Source: Gemmatimonadota bacterium (GTDB lineage: Bacteria; Gemmatimonadota; Gemmatimonadetes; Gemmatimonadales; GWC2-71-9). Taken from it: a DNA stretch of 64,000 bases. Positions 28,524-39,485 of this stretch are shown here, piece by piece; position 1 is the stretch's first letter; each line of letters starts with the position of its first letter. Made by a program: the position numbers and the translations under genes. The notes beneath the pieces are model-generated. The model was given only the letters and a program-made list of their open reading frames with translations, did no database searches and was not told where the DNA came from. The stretch spans positions 1-64,000 of the forward strand of contig JAZDCZ010000407.1 in assembly GCA_036679605.1 (NCBI GenBank), given 5' to 3'.

Positions 28524-31500
28524 GCTGCCCCCAATTTTATATCACGCCACGCTGCCCAAGAATGTACAAAACATATTACGCCACGGGTTGATTCCGCAGG
28601 ACGAGTCGTATAACCTCGGTTCGGACGGGATTCACCGCAATCGCGTGTTCCTGTCTAAGTTCGACGATCCGCAATATATGAACCTTTCGGCAGACAAGGT
28701 ATACGACGCAGTGATACTCGCTGTGGACACATTGTATCTCGACCCATCACGGCTGTATCCGGATGATTCGATATATGGTGCGTACTTCAATGACCAACTG
28801 GAGGACACAGATATCGGCGCTATGTTCCCAGACTACTACCGAAGCTGGGGAGCATCTGGTTCCGCAATCGGTTTTGGCGAGTGGATGAACAACCCCGCTA
28901 ACAGCCCTAGTGACGACGACTTAGAAAATATGTTAGCTGGTAGGTTTGGTCTCACCTTGTGGAACTCCGGCGGAATAGACGCGCCGTTTGAACTCGGCGA
29001 GGTTGGATACGAGGGTCGTATACCGCCGGAGGCGATCAATCTCCGCGCTCCAGTGCCTGCGCTGCGCTCCGCCGCCCTGCGCGTCGGTGGGCAGTACTTG
29101 TACCATTCCACACTTGCTGACTATCTTCTGGAGATAGCAGAGGACGGGTTAGATCCATTTTACGGAGGACGGAATTTTCAGGGCGGGCCAAAGGATTCCG
29201 ATGGTTGGGTCGAGGGCAAACTGTTCTTCTCGGACGATCCGCAGAAGGCACTGTACTACGGTGAGAACGCCATGTCGCGAAAGTGGACGGAGAGGAAGAC
29301 TCCTCCTGTACTTCTTCGTGTTACAAAGAGCGCGATCGAGGTGCAGCCGGATCAATACGGTGATTTTTACACGGAAGACTCGGTGCCTGCGTCGATCATA
29401 GAGGTCAAGGCTCCGGTCAGTATGGAGGTCGGCTCCCCCCTAGCTTGGGAACCTCTCACCGAGGAATTGGCAGAGGATGCCAGAAGTCTTTTCTGTGGTG
29501 ATTATCTAGGTCGGGACAAACCTTTATTCCTCGCGCCGGACTTCAGCCCGAAGAAGGCCGCCATTGATGAATATATCGTGGAGTTGACTGACAATGACCA
29601 TGGCGGCGTGACGGCATTCTTGGCAGCCAATAGCGGCGTCGGGCAGGTGGAGGACGCGTACGCCGACATTCACATGGGTATGGCGGAGGAATTTCAAGGT
29701 GATACTCATCCGTACAATTACTTCAGACCGGACGAACCCATCGAGGAGTCTGGGATCGTGGCTGTGTTGACTGGTTTGGAGTTGCCGAAGAGTTTGCGGG
29801 GACGTGGATTTGGTCGTGATATGGTAGATGCCGCAGTCAAGTGGGCGTTCTCCCATGGTGCTGAGGCTGTATACACACACTCATTTGGTGCACCGGGGGA
29901 TTCTGATCCAACGGGCTTCTATGAGAAGCTCGGCTTTGAGACGGTCGACATGGACAACATGGGGAATCCATACATGAGGTTGGAACACTTGCCCGCCAGC
30001 ACTAGCCAATCCAGATCGACACGCACGGCGTCCAAAGAACCAGCTTTCATGCGAGCGCTTTCAAACGCAGCCGCCCTTCCGCCGGACGATGTCACCACCG
30101 CTGCTGTCTCGAAGGTCATGGGCGGCACTCTTGTGCATCAGACGGCAGGGTCACATGGTTCGCCTAGCGAGGACACATCTGAGAAGATCCAGTCGATACT
30201 GGAATCTGGGGTGGATCCGTCGTACTGGGCGAAACAGTGGCCCGGTTCCCCTGGCGAAGGACATCCAAAGGCTGCATACCTCAGTTTGGCTTGGCCATCC
30301 ATACTTAGCGATCCTGTACCTGGCTATGTGGCGGTGGAACCGAAACTCTCGCGTCCTCTAGTACTCTGGTCAGGCGACAGCGAGGGGAACTACACATGGG
30401 GTCCGGCTCTGAACGCCGCCACCGGAAAATCCGGTTCGTCGCTGTCGTCTTTTTTGCGATCCAAAGGATACGATTCGGTAATCACAGTTCGGCGAGATGG
30501 CGAGATCGGCGAGGTGGCATATTTTGGGAAGAAGCCGCTGCCAGCCAGTCTCATCCCTAGTCGCGTTGCTGTGTTGCTTCGTTCGGCATCCGCTATCATC
30601 CATAATGCGGCTGTGGAGGACATCTACAGAGGTGTGAAGACGGTGATTGAAAAGTATGGGGGCAAGGGGCTGTTTGCTAGGTTCTCAGATGTACCTAAGA
30701 TAGGCATACGCCCGTCCACTGAACATCATGACCCGTACGGCGTCTATTTTTATCCGGTGGATTGGTTGGCCGAGAACGCAGGATTCGGCACCACATACAT
30801 CAACCGGACGTACATCACGGTCGCAAAAATCAAGCGAAGCGGTTGGCTCAACCTTGCCACAATCCGCCCTGCCAAGGCTCGCGAATTAGCCGAGAAGGGC
30901 GGTGTACTGGAGGAGTATAAAGCTCGGACAGAGGGCAAAGGGCTCAATCAAGCGAAGGGAGGCAGAGCTGGAAAGAGGTTATGGGACGCTGTGGAGGCGA
31001 AGGTTAAGCCGTTCGAGTCCAAGGCCAACAAGATGGAGTGGAATCGGATATTCGGGCGCATGGGTGTGAAGGCAATCTATGATCCTGGCACCGGATCGGT
31101 GAACTCGGCGGAGCCGTCCCAGATTGTGGTACTTGATCTCTCGCTCATAGAGGTGGTGGATGTCGTCGAGAACCATGAGGATCGCAAGTCAGTGTATCAC
31201 GCCGTCTTGAAAGCCGTGGCCGATGAGATATTGGATGAGGACTGGCGGGTCAGCGGCTCCCATGCCGAGGGCGGCATATCCGCTGCTGGCACGGTCAATG
31301 GCCGTCCGGTAGCAATGAGCGTCATGCCAGCGAAGTCAGGGTTTGAGATGGAGGTGACTCTCTCGTATCATGATCCGTCCGGCAGGAAACATAGAATTGT
31401 GTCGCGGGGACGGATGCCCAACGAGTGGGAGGATGCGCCGGCGGGATATCTGGCGGAGGGACATGCCAAGTCGATTCTACGAAGCCTAGAGGACGCGGTT

Positions 31501-34500
31501 ATTGGCGAATCTGGTGAGGAGGATGCCGAGGATATCCTAGACAGTGCCTTGCGGTCGCTCACTGATCTTCGTCTGCCTGACCTGACGGTCAAGGAGATGA
31601 AGGGCGGCATAGAGTTCTGGAAGAACACTGGTGACGGAAAAATACAAGGGTCATTAAAGGTGGCTCCCGGAGGTCGCCGGGAAATGGAACTTTATGCCGA
31701 AGATTGGCTCCTGTTCGGTGGGGATGACTCAGTGGTCATAGAGATAGGCCCTATGCGGGTGTCTTGGGATGGTGATCCGTCTTCGGCATCGACCGACATG
31801 GCTGCCGAACTGTCTAGGGCCGTCCGAGAGTTACGGGCGATAGGCGACGCAGGGGAGAACAAGGACATCAACATGGACGCCGCCGCTGAGATAGTCCGTA
31901 TGAGGACACTGAGTTGGATGTTTCCGGATGACATTCTCACCGCCGCTGGACAGAAATACGAAAGAATGAAGAGTACCGCGCGGAGTGCGAGTCTTCGCAT
32001 CGCCAAACAACAGTATTGGCACGGGTCGTCGGGCGTCAACATCAGGGAAATCGCCTCCGCAGGGTTTGTGAACCCATGGGTCCCAAAGGGCGAGTCGTGC
32101 AGGGGTTATCAGAAGCCTATGTCCGGACGCACATACGCCACGACGGATCTCAGCTATGCCCTTATTTATGCCCTCGGCGCGGCGATGGTCGGGCAAGAGC
32201 TTCCGAACAACCAAAATTTCGACGGCGAGGGCGGTATTGTATTATTGGAGGCTGGCGGCGATCCGCTGCCGGATGAGGATTGGGTCGGTGAGTTGATTGC
32301 GGAGTGTGAGAGCCGCCGCAGGCGGATGCGGGGCGATCTGAACGCTAGGGGAGGTGATGTACCAGAGTGGAAGGAAAACCTCTACATTGAGATGCGCAGG
32401 CAACTGCCGCCCGAGGTTGTGTCTATGATCGACCGAAAGCCTATCTGGAAGCTTGACGAGATGGCCACGCAGTCCATGATTGGGAAGAATGTGAACAAAT
32501 GGCTCCTCAAGCATGATGGCGCGCTAAAGACGAAACTCGTACATCACTCGCCGCACCATTCCTATGCGGGAACCATGCGGGTGATCAAGGCGTGGGTATT
32601 TAACAAGCGGGAGATAAGCCCTAAGTTGGAGAAGGACGGTTCCAATTTCCTGAAGTTGGCGATGGAGATTCCGGTCGCGAAGGCTGTATCCGCGTCGTTA
32701 TGTTCGTACGATGACTACAAACCCTATTCTTGTTCGCCGAGTGGCGTGTGTATGCCGTCGCGCGTCACACCTGATATTCATGATGCCGTGAGCCGCTTGT
32801 TCGGCGGAAAATGTCCCTGTCCTAGATGTAAATCTGTGGACAGGACTGCGTCATCGGTGGAGGACAAGTGTTGGTCGCACGCGGTCGAGGCCCTCGCGGC
32901 GAATGGGTTTGAGGACATGGATGGCATGTGTTTAGAGGCGTCAGTCGTGCTTTGTGAGAGGCTCCGTGACGAGGGCGTGGACGCGAGATTGGCGCGGCGA
33001 TGGTCGGACGAATACGGTGGACATTGGACGGTCTGCACCTCGGCTGGGGAGTTCGATCCGACAATCGCTTGGTGGGGCGACTCCGCACCAAAGGGAGCCT
33101 CAAAGGGCCAGTTATACGAGGTGACAAATGTCAGTCCGCACGCCGGATGGGAGAAGGACGACTCGGTGGATGAATCCACTGCGTACCGGATCGCGATAGA
33201 AGAGTTGGGTGTGGATGATTTGGAAAATCTGTACGACAACGCCCTAGAGGGGATTCTTTCCCGCAGTGCGCGTCGTGTCGCAATGCCATATCTTCACGAG
33301 CCAAAGTGTCCCTACTGCGGTCACATGGGGCCGCAGGATCCAAAAGTGGAGTTCTGGGAGTCCTTATCGGATGACTATCGCGGTTTCCTAGAGAGGTACT
33401 ATGGCACCGAAGACAGGCTGGAGATAGCGCGTAAGCTAATGTGGGATCGCACGGTACCGACATATTGCGGTAAATGCGGGCAGACATACCTTTTCGAGAA
33501 GTCGGAATCTGATTCGCTTGCCGAGAAGGTTGCTGGGCGTTTTAAGGCATGGCACGGCACGAGCGACATCCTGCTGGACGATATCCACACCGCAGGCGGC
33601 CTGATTGACCCGTACCTCGCCGCGACACTATCGCTGGCGGAGTATTATGCGGGCGTGGCTGCAGAGAATGACGGTGGCTCGCCAATTGTGCTGGAGATCG
33701 ATATCCGTGACAGATCTAGGCTCCGATATGATGGCAACGCCATGGACGAGCCAGTCACGGTTGGCGTGAGCGAGGCCGACAGAGATTTCGAGTGGGGGCG
33801 CGCCGAGAAGGAACACCCTGAGTGGGTGCATGGCGACACTATATCCATACCAGCGGACGAGTGGGAATACTCTTGGCGCGGCGCACATTCGGTGCGGTAC
33901 GACGGCCTGTTGCCGTCGTCCGGCATAAGCAGTACGGCTTGGGAGAGCAGATCGGAGGGCAGCGACTTCGGCAGGGAGGCGTCCGCCACATTGACATTCG
34001 GCGCGTTGCCGCCCGCCGTGCAGACCGACATAACGGACAACATACACGACATGTTCTTCGCCGGGACGGATGTGAGCCGTGAGATATTGCGCGGCGTGCT
34101 GGAGGACATGGACACGCCGTTGCCGGTGCGACGCCTTCCCGTTGCCGACTTGGCTGGGCAGGCACGATCGACGCACTGCGTGTCGGAGACGGTCGTGTCC
34201 ACATTGGCGGACACGCTCCGCCGAGTCGGCGATCTGGATCTAGTACTCACTGATGGCGTCCGTTTCCTCGATGGCGGACACAGGGTGATGGCATACGAGT
34301 CCGAGGGCAAGGGCAGCATCCCGACCGTGGATGTCTCATCCCTGCTGTCTGCGGACTGGGAGTCCGAGTTCCGCGAGGACATTCTAGGACTCGGCAGAGC
34401 CGCGAGACGAATCCTGGCCACCGCAGTCCGGTACTGGCACGGCACCACCGCCGCCGCGATGCGCTCGGCCGAGCGTGACGGGTACCTGCGCCCGCCCGTG

Positions 34501-37500
34501 TACCTGGCCGACTCCCCGGAGGCTGCTAAGGAGTTCGCGGAGATGGCCTCGGACGACGCCTGTGACCGTTCGGTGGTGCTGGAGATCGTACTTCCCGAGG
34601 ACAGGGTTGCCCACCTCCGCGCCGACGCTGGATTTGACGGTGCCCCTGGTAACTTTGTTCTGAATGAGACCGTCCCGCTAGAGTGGATTCCGTGGTATCC
34701 AAATCCAGAAGATTCCGATCCCACTATGGCGTCCGCGCTGTTCTGCGCGGCCGTTAAGGCGACATCGGCGTCTGGGCTGGACTTAGCTGCTATCCGGGAG
34801 TTCTTAGAGTCTAAATGGGCCGCGAGGGGCAGGCCAGAACCTGGCCAGAATTGCATCACCACGGCGTCCTTCCTCTCCAAGCTGATCTCTGGCGCGGAGG
34901 TGCGGGGTGGACAGCCGGAGGGACACAGAAATCTTGTGCGGCATGGACTTGCCACGGATGAGGAATCTCGCTCCGGCGGCGGTTATAAAGATGACGAAGG
35001 TTACCTCTACCCCCACTTATGGGTGGAGTCCAATGGCATGGTATATGACCTGACGGCTGACCAGTTCGGCGGTGATCCGGTCACAGTCGTCCCCTCCGGC
35101 GGGCGGTATGTGCCATCAGAACTGTCCGAGAAGAATACACGCGCCCTCCGAGCGGTAGATGCGGAGACGGACGCTTGGTTGGAGGAATGGATGGCGCAGG
35201 CCAACACAACATCCGCCGCGCTCATTCTCTACCACGGTACCGCTATTCCCGACCTTGACAAGCTGCGTGTCGGCTCCGGGGCGGAACACATGCGCGTCGC
35301 GGGCGTGTACCTCTCCAAGAGCCGTGACGAGGCTGAGAAATACACCAAGGTGGCCGGAGTCAGACACCCTGAGAATATCCTCACGGTCGAAGCTAAACTG
35401 TCCAACCCCGCCACAAGGGACACGCTCGACGGAATGGATCGTCGCTTAGACGGATGGCAGGCACAGGCCGAACTTATCCGCCGTGGGTACGACAGTGTAA
35501 TCGATGATTTGATGGACGAGGTGATCGTGTTTGACCCCGCGAGGTTAAGAATTCTTGGAGACCGCACTGCAGCGACGGTCGACGAGTTCCTCGACCCTGT
35601 CATAGCCTCCACTCCATCGCCGTACCCATCATTGAAATGGGTAAAGAATCAACTCCAATACTGTTCGATGTGGTTGCCGATCCTTGACGCCTACATCATT
35701 GGCAGCGAGGCAAAGGGTACAGCCAGCCCAGATAGTGACTTGGACATCGCCGTGATCATCGGCGATGTGTCGCATTCGACATCGATCAGGTTCAGTGAGG
35801 ACTTCCACAGTGAGCAGATTGAACTCCCAGATTGGCAAGGACGCCAAGTGGATTTCCAGTTTTTCTACCCAGACGACCCTGAAATAAAAGAGTACTCGAA
35901 AATCCCCCTCGCCCCAGACTCCGAGTACACCAACACGACAGAAGCACTCAGGGAGAAGCTTATTCAGCGGGGCATCATCTCTGCGTCCCTCTCTTCGACC
36001 GCCCGAAGTGAGACGGCGACCGCGTACAAGACTCTGGCCACCGCCTTCTCGCGAGCCGCCTCTGCCGTGATCCCGCCGCTGAGCATGAGGGCATACCGCG
36101 CGGAGGGTTCCAGCCGAGGGGTGATGGCGGACGCCATGCTGGGCGGGATATACTTCTTCCCGAGGCGGGATACAGCCGAGCTTTGGGCTGGGGATCGCGG
36201 CACAGTGGTCGGGTGGATGATCGACACGAGCGACGCGGATGTGCAGGATGTGCCGGAGGGGGAGATGATCCGCAGGGACTCGGATGTGATAATCCGCCGC
36301 GACCCAGACGGGAGTGGCGATGTGCTGGAGATAGTGGTGTTTGACGATTCACTAATCCATCCGTTGGATAATCACACACACGCGGCTAGGCAAACATTCG
36401 AGTTGAGTACCCTCGGAGATACGGTCTCGTACGATGATGAGCTATATCACGGTACATCTATCAAGGCGGCCGCAGCGATAGCGAAGCGTGGGTTCAGCGT
36501 CGAGCAGCACGGCGAGATGAGCTGTGGCACCATATCGCTGACGAGGAATCCTGTCGCGGCGCAAATCTTCGCCGGACACGATGGCGTGGTTTTCGAGTTC
36601 GATATATCGCTTCATCGCTTGTTCGTCCTCCCCGAGTTCGTTTACGACGCCATGGGCTGCTACGCGGGAACAGGCATGTGTGGCGATGACTTCGTGCGCA
36701 GGATGTCGGAGAATGCCGACGCACTGAAGCGAATCGGTGCGGTGCCTGAGTCTTGGGATTCGGAGTCTGGGGAGCCGCCGGATTGGTCGGAGTGGAGAGA
36801 CAGCGACATGGACGAGTTCGGCTGGCTGGAGCGGTCGCTGCCCGGTTATGACGGCGTCGTCGTGCCTGGGTTCGACAGCAACCATCCGCGCGCCGAGGCG
36901 GAGATCGCCTTATTCATGCCCGCCACCGCTCGCCTCAAAGAGTCGGTCTCGGCGATGTATGTCGGCGAGAGGGAATACTGGAAGGGCGGCCCAGAAACCG
37001 AGTCCTTGGATGATGGTTGGGATGTCCTCGCCGGAATGGGAACGGACGAAGATGACGAAGAAGGGATGGAGTTGGACGCCGCTCTCTCGAAGGCTGCACG
37101 TGCCCTAGGCGAGCACCTCGGCGACACGGTGACTGCGTACAGAGCGCTCGCCACTGAGCACGCCGAGAAGGTCATGCAAGAGGGCTTCATGGGTCCCCAT
37201 CACGCACACGGTGTCTATTACACCGCCAGCCCAGAGCGGGCTATGTTCTACTCCAGGTTCATGGCGTCGTCCAAACTCCAAGGCGTGATATTCGAGTTGG
37301 AGGCCGACACCAGCCGTTCGACGGCTGATGTGAACGACACCACCGAGTGGCAGTCCAATGAGCTGTACGAGGAGGTCAAGTCGGCTGCGGGCGACATGGT
37401 CGAGACGGTATATAAGAACACTGAAACGCGGTTATGGGACAGCGACGCCGCAAGGTTACTGGAGTCATGGCTCGGCGGACTCACAGTGTCGGAAGGCTAC

Positions 37501-38763
37501 TACGATTCGCCGGAGCAGCACTCCGTGTGGCAGTTGCTCGCGGACGAGACCAAGGGGACGGACAGCGAGATGACGATCTCCGAGGCCAAGGACGCCCTGC
37601 CCCCCGGCAGGTACGGCGGGATGACGGTGCTGGACAGTCGAGGCGTCGCGGGGATCGACGCAGGTGAGATGGATGGTCAGGCCCAAGCGAAGTCCCAGGA
37701 GGGGATACCGGCGGACAGGCTGAAGGCCATATGGATTCCGACGGCCATGCTGCACTCTGCCGGAGTGGATGCCCCGGCTGGGGCGGAGACGATGGAGGAT
37801 TATGTGGATGTCATCCCAGCCAAATTTAACATGGACTACGACATTGACTTCGTCTCCGAGATCGAGAAACAGAGGGACGATGCTAGGGAAACAGGACCAC
37901 CACCAGGACTGGACAAGGAGGCTGAGGAGGTGTGGCATCTCGGAATGGAGGCGGTGGCCGATGAGATGGACTCCATCTTGGACAGGTGGCGGGACGAGGG
38001 TGACTCCACCATGCCAGGTCACATCTACTCGAAGCTTATTACGGGTGAAAGAGTGACCCCAGAGGACCTCGACCGCGAGGAGGGGTTCGTCAGGTATCCA
38101 TTGCCGCAGGGCAGGCTGCTTGTGACGAAGATACTGCGGAAGGCGATCGCGAGGCAGGGTCGGCGACCCGCTGAAGGGAAGGCCGCCCGGAGGGCGGCCT
38201 TGGATGACGATATAACGCACATCCTTCGGCACGCCGCTGATGGCATGGGTTGGAGCGAGGAGAGCGATGTTGATCCGGACAGTTTCGTTGACGAGGGGTT
38301 CATGGAGGACGAGAGTGGACACACCTTCTGGGGTTCGCGGGGAAGTGGGCTGCTTTTTGTGCGCAGCCATCCAGATCACGGTTGGGAATTATTGCTTGTA
38401 AAACGGTCACCAATAGTGGAGGAGCCGAACACATGGGGAACGACTGGTGGCGCGGTGCCGAAGGACGAGAATAACTTGTTCGCCTCTGCCGTGCGGGAGA
38501 CTCGGGAGGAGATAGGCGGTATCCCGCCATATGAGGCGGTCAGACAATATGTGTGGAAGGCTCTCGGCGGCAGCTTCACATACACGACATTCATTTTGGA
38601 ATGCACCGACATGGATTGGATGCCATCCGTATTTAACTGGGAGGCCACAGCCGCCCAATGGGTATCTCTCAAGGAAGCTAAGTCATATGAACTACATTTT
38701 GGTTTGGTGTCTATTTTGAAGGATTTGGGTGAGTCCATATTCCCCGCAACGGAGGATGTATGA
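28516..38763 (+). CDS. 3415-aa polyvalent protein: about 11 ADP-ribosyltransferase-like modules, GNAT, two papain/transglutaminase-like modules, Zn ribbon, ParB-like, minimal nucleotidyltransferase, NUDIX
   Basis: ART-like starts LYHAT, LYHST, LVHQT, FARFS, YWHGS, AWHGT, YWHGT, LYHGT (x2), AYRA (x2), each followed by a [YF]x[STA]-type strand. Other motifs: RGRGFG..FYEKLGF; DGGHRV; C..H.W..D.T; GSEAKG..DSDLD; GG..SAVRETREEIG. Confidence 0.8.
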   Translation: MDRLPPILYHATLPKNVQNILRHGLIPQDESYNLGSDGIHRNRVFLSKFDDPQYMNLSADKVYDAVILAVDTLYLDPSRLYPDDSIYGAYFNDQLEDTDIGAMFPDYYRSWGASGSAIGFGEWMNNPANSPSDDDLENMLAGRFGLTLWNSGGIDAPFELGEVGYEGRIPPEAINLRAPVPALRSAALRVGGQYLYHSTLADYLLEIAEDGLDPFYGGRNFQGGPKDSDGWVEGKLFFSDDPQKALYYGENAMSRKWTERKTPPVLLRVTKSAIEVQPDQYGDFYTEDSVPASIIEVKAPVSMEVGSPLAWEPLTEELAEDARSLFCGDYLGRDKPLFLAPDFSPKKAAIDEYIVELTDNDHGGVTAFLAANSGVGQVEDAYADIHMGMAEEFQGDTHPYNYFRPDEPIEESGIVAVLTGLELPKSLRGRGFGRDMVDAAVKWAFSHGAEAVYTHSFGAPGDSDPTGFYEKLGFETVDMDNMGNPYMRLEHLPASTSQSRSTRTASKEPAFMRALSNAAALPPDDVTTAAVSKVMGGTLVHQTAGSHGSPSEDTSEKIQSILESGVDPSYWAKQWPGSPGEGHPKAAYLSLAWPSILSDPVPGYVAVEPKLSRPLVLWSGDSEGNYTWGPALNAATGKSGSSLSSFLRSKGYDSVITVRRDGEIGEVAYFGKKPLPASLIPSRVAVLLRSASAIIHNAAVEDIYRGVKTVIEKYGGKGLFARFSDVPKIGIRPSTEHHDPYGVYFYPVDWLAENAGFGTTYINRTYITVAKIKRSGWLNLATIRPAKARELAEKGGVLEEYKARTEGKGLNQAKGGRAGKRLWDAVEAKVKPFESKANKMEWNRIFGRMGVKAIYDPGTGSVNSAEPSQIVVLDLSLIEVVDVVENHEDRKSVYHAVLKAVADEILDEDWRVSGSHAEGGISAAGTVNGRPVAMSVMPAKSGFEMEVTLSYHDPSGRKHRIVSRGRMPNEWEDAPAGYLAEGHAKSILRSLEDAVIGESGEEDAEDILDSALRSLTDLRLPDLTVKEMKGGIEFWKNTGDGKIQGSLKVAPGGRREMELYAEDWLLFGGDDSVVIEIGPMRVSWDGDPSSASTDMAAELSRAVRELRAIGDAGENKDINMDAAAEIVRMRTLSWMFPDDILTAAGQKYERMKSTARSASLRIAKQQYWHGSSGVNIREIASAGFVNPWVPKGESCRGYQKPMSGRTYATTDLSYALIYALGAAMVGQELPNNQNFDGEGGIVLLEAGGDPLPDEDWVGELIAECESRRRRMRGDLNARGGDVPEWKENLYIEMRRQLPPEVVSMIDRKPIWKLDEMATQSMIGKNVNKWLLKHDGALKTKLVHHSPHHSYAGTMRVIKAWVFNKREISPKLEKDGSNFLKLAMEIPVAKAVSASLCSYDDYKPYSCSPSGVCMPSRVTPDIHDAVSRLFGGKCPCPRCKSVDRTASSVEDKCWSHAVEALAANGFEDMDGMCLEASVVLCERLRDEGVDARLARRWSDEYGGHWTVCTSAGEFDPTIAWWGDSAPKGASKGQLYEVTNVSPHAGWEKDDSVDESTAYRIAIEELGVDDLENLYDNALEGILSRSARRVAMPYLHEPKCPYCGHMGPQDPKVEFWESLSDDYRGFLERYYGTEDRLEIARKLMWDRTVPTYCGKCGQTYLFEKSESDSLAEKVAGRFKAWHGTSDILLDDIHTAGGLIDPYLAATLSLAEYYAGVAAENDGGSPIVLEIDIRDRSRLRYDGNAMDEPVTVGVSEADRDFEWGRAEKEHPEWVHGDTISIPADEWEYSWRGAHSVRYDGLLPSSGISSTAWESRSEGSDFGREASATLTFGALPPAVQTDITDNIHDMFFAGTDVSREILRGVLEDMDTPLPVRRLPVADLAGQARSTHCVSETVVSTLADTLRRVGDLDLVLTDGVRFLDGGHRVMAYESEGKGSIPTVDVSSLLSADWESEFREDILGLGRAARRILATAVRYWHGTTAAAMRSAERDGYLRPPVYLADSPEAAKEFAEMASDDACDRSVVLEIVLPEDRVAHLRADAGFDGAPGNFVLNETVPLEWIPWYPNPEDSDPTMASALFCAAVKATSASGLDLAAIREFLESKWAARGRPEPGQNCITTASFLSKLISGAEVRGGQPEGHRNLVRHGLATDEESRSGGGYKDDEGYLYPHLWVESNGMVYDLTADQFGGDPVTVVPSGGRYVPSELSEKNTRALRAVDAETDAWLEEWMAQANTTSAALILYHGTAIPDLDKLRVGSGAEHMRVAGVYLSKSRDEAEKYTKVAGVRHPENILTVEAKLSNPATRDTLDGMDRRLDGWQAQAELIRRGYDSVIDDLMDEVIVFDPARLRILGDRTAATVDEFLDPVIASTPSPYPSLKWVKNQLQYCSMWLPILDAYIIGSEAKGTASPDSDLDIAVIIGDVSHSTSIRFSEDFHSEQIELPDWQGRQVDFQFFYPDDPEIKEYSKIPLAPDSEYTNTTEALREKLIQRGIISASLSSTARSETATAYKTLATAFSRAASAVIPPLSMRAYRAEGSSRGVMADAMLGGIYFFPRRDTAELWAGDRGTVVGWMIDTSDADVQDVPEGEMIRRDSDVIIRRDPDGSGDVLEIVVFDDSLIHPLDNHTHAARQTFELSTLGDTVSYDDELYHGTSIKAAAAIAKRGFSVEQHGEMSCGTISLTRNPVAAQIFAGHDGVVFEFDISLHRLFVLPEFVYDAMGCYAGTGMCGDDFVRRMSENADALKRIGAVPESWDSESGEPPDWSEWRDSDMDEFGWLERSLPGYDGVVVPGFDSNHPRAEAEIALFMPATARLKESVSAMYVGEREYWKGGPETESLDDGWDVLAGMGTDEDDEEGMELDAALSKAARALGEHLGDTVTAYRALATEHAEKVMQEGFMGPHHAHGVYYTASPERAMFYSRFMASSKLQGVIFELEADTSRSTADVNDTTEWQSNELYEEVKSAAGDMVETVYKNTETRLWDSDAARLLESWLGGLTVSEGYYDSPEQHSVWQLLADETKGTDSEMTISEAKDALPPGRYGGMTVLDSRGVAGIDAGEMDGQAQAKSQEGIPADRLKAIWIPTAMLHSAGVDAPAGAETMEDYVDVIPAKFNMDYDIDFVSEIEKQRDDARETGPPPGLDKEAEEVWHLGMEAVADEMDSILDRWRDEGDSTMPGHIYSKLITGERVTPEDLDREEGFVRYPLPQGRLLVTKILRKAIARQGRRPAEGKAARRAALDDDITHILRHAADGMGWSEESDVDPDSFVDEGFMEDESGHTFWGSRGSGLLFVRSHPDHGWELLLVKRSPIVEEPNTWGTTGGAVPKDENNLFASAVRETREEIGGIPPYEAVRQYVWKALGGSFTYTTFILECTDMDWMPSVFNWEATAAQWVSLKEAKSYELHFGLVSILKDLGESIFPATEDV

Positions 38764-39485
38764 GCAAATTCATGATGAGTGTTGTGGTGCCTGTCTGGAA
38801 TCAACTACGGTTGTCCGTCCAGCTCTTGAAACATATAGATGCGGATCCAATGCCCGAGCGCGAAGTTATTTGGATCGACAACGGCAGCACGGACGGCACA
38901 CCGGAGTTTTTGGACGGCCTACGAAAGAGGTCGAACCATAGGGTGATTAGTTTTCCGGAGAACCGAGGTTTTGGTGAGGCTATGAACGCTGGTGTTGCCT
39001 TGGCATCGAGCGAGTTTCTGGTGCTGCTTAACAATGATACGGAACCTTCCCCAGGACTCATGAAGGAGTTGGTCGCCTGTCTGCGATCTAATTTGAGATT
39101 TGGGATAGTCATACCGCGAGTGACCCAAGCTGGTTTGCGGGTGAATGTGTTCCCCGTGGCGGATCCAAACAGAGGTCCAGAGATCCTGAAACGGTTCGGA
39201 CAGTACCCTAGCGGTGTGTGTTACGCCATGCGCAAGGAATTCTTTGACGCGCTCGGCGGGTTCGATACTGAGACATACAAGTTAGCAAGCGCCGAGGATG
39301 CAGATTTGTGTTACAAGACATGGGATGCCGGACGGGAGGTAGTGATACATCACGGGTTGTGTCTGAAGCATCTCGGTGCTGGCACTAGCTCAAGGCTTCC
39401 TGACAAGATGTCGATATGGAGGAGGAACGCCAAATTGTTTGAACAGAAATGGAAGCGTATATTTGCTTCAAGGGGTGGTAAATGA
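38760..39485 (+). CDS. GT2 family glycosyltransferase
   Basis: SVVVPVWN, IDNGSTDGT, NRGF, LLNND, GGFD..EDADL. Confidence 0.92.
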   Translation: MSKFMMSVVVPVWNQLRLSVQLLKHIDADPMPEREVIWIDNGSTDGTPEFLDGLRKRSNHRVISFPENRGFGEAMNAGVALASSEFLVLLNNDTEPSPGLMKELVACLRSNLRFGIVIPRVTQAGLRVNVFPVADPNRGPEILKRFGQYPSGVCYAMRKEFFDALGGFDTETYKLASAEDADLCYKTWDAGREVVIHHGLCLKHLGAGTSSRLPDKMSIWRRNAKLFEQKWKRIFASRGGK

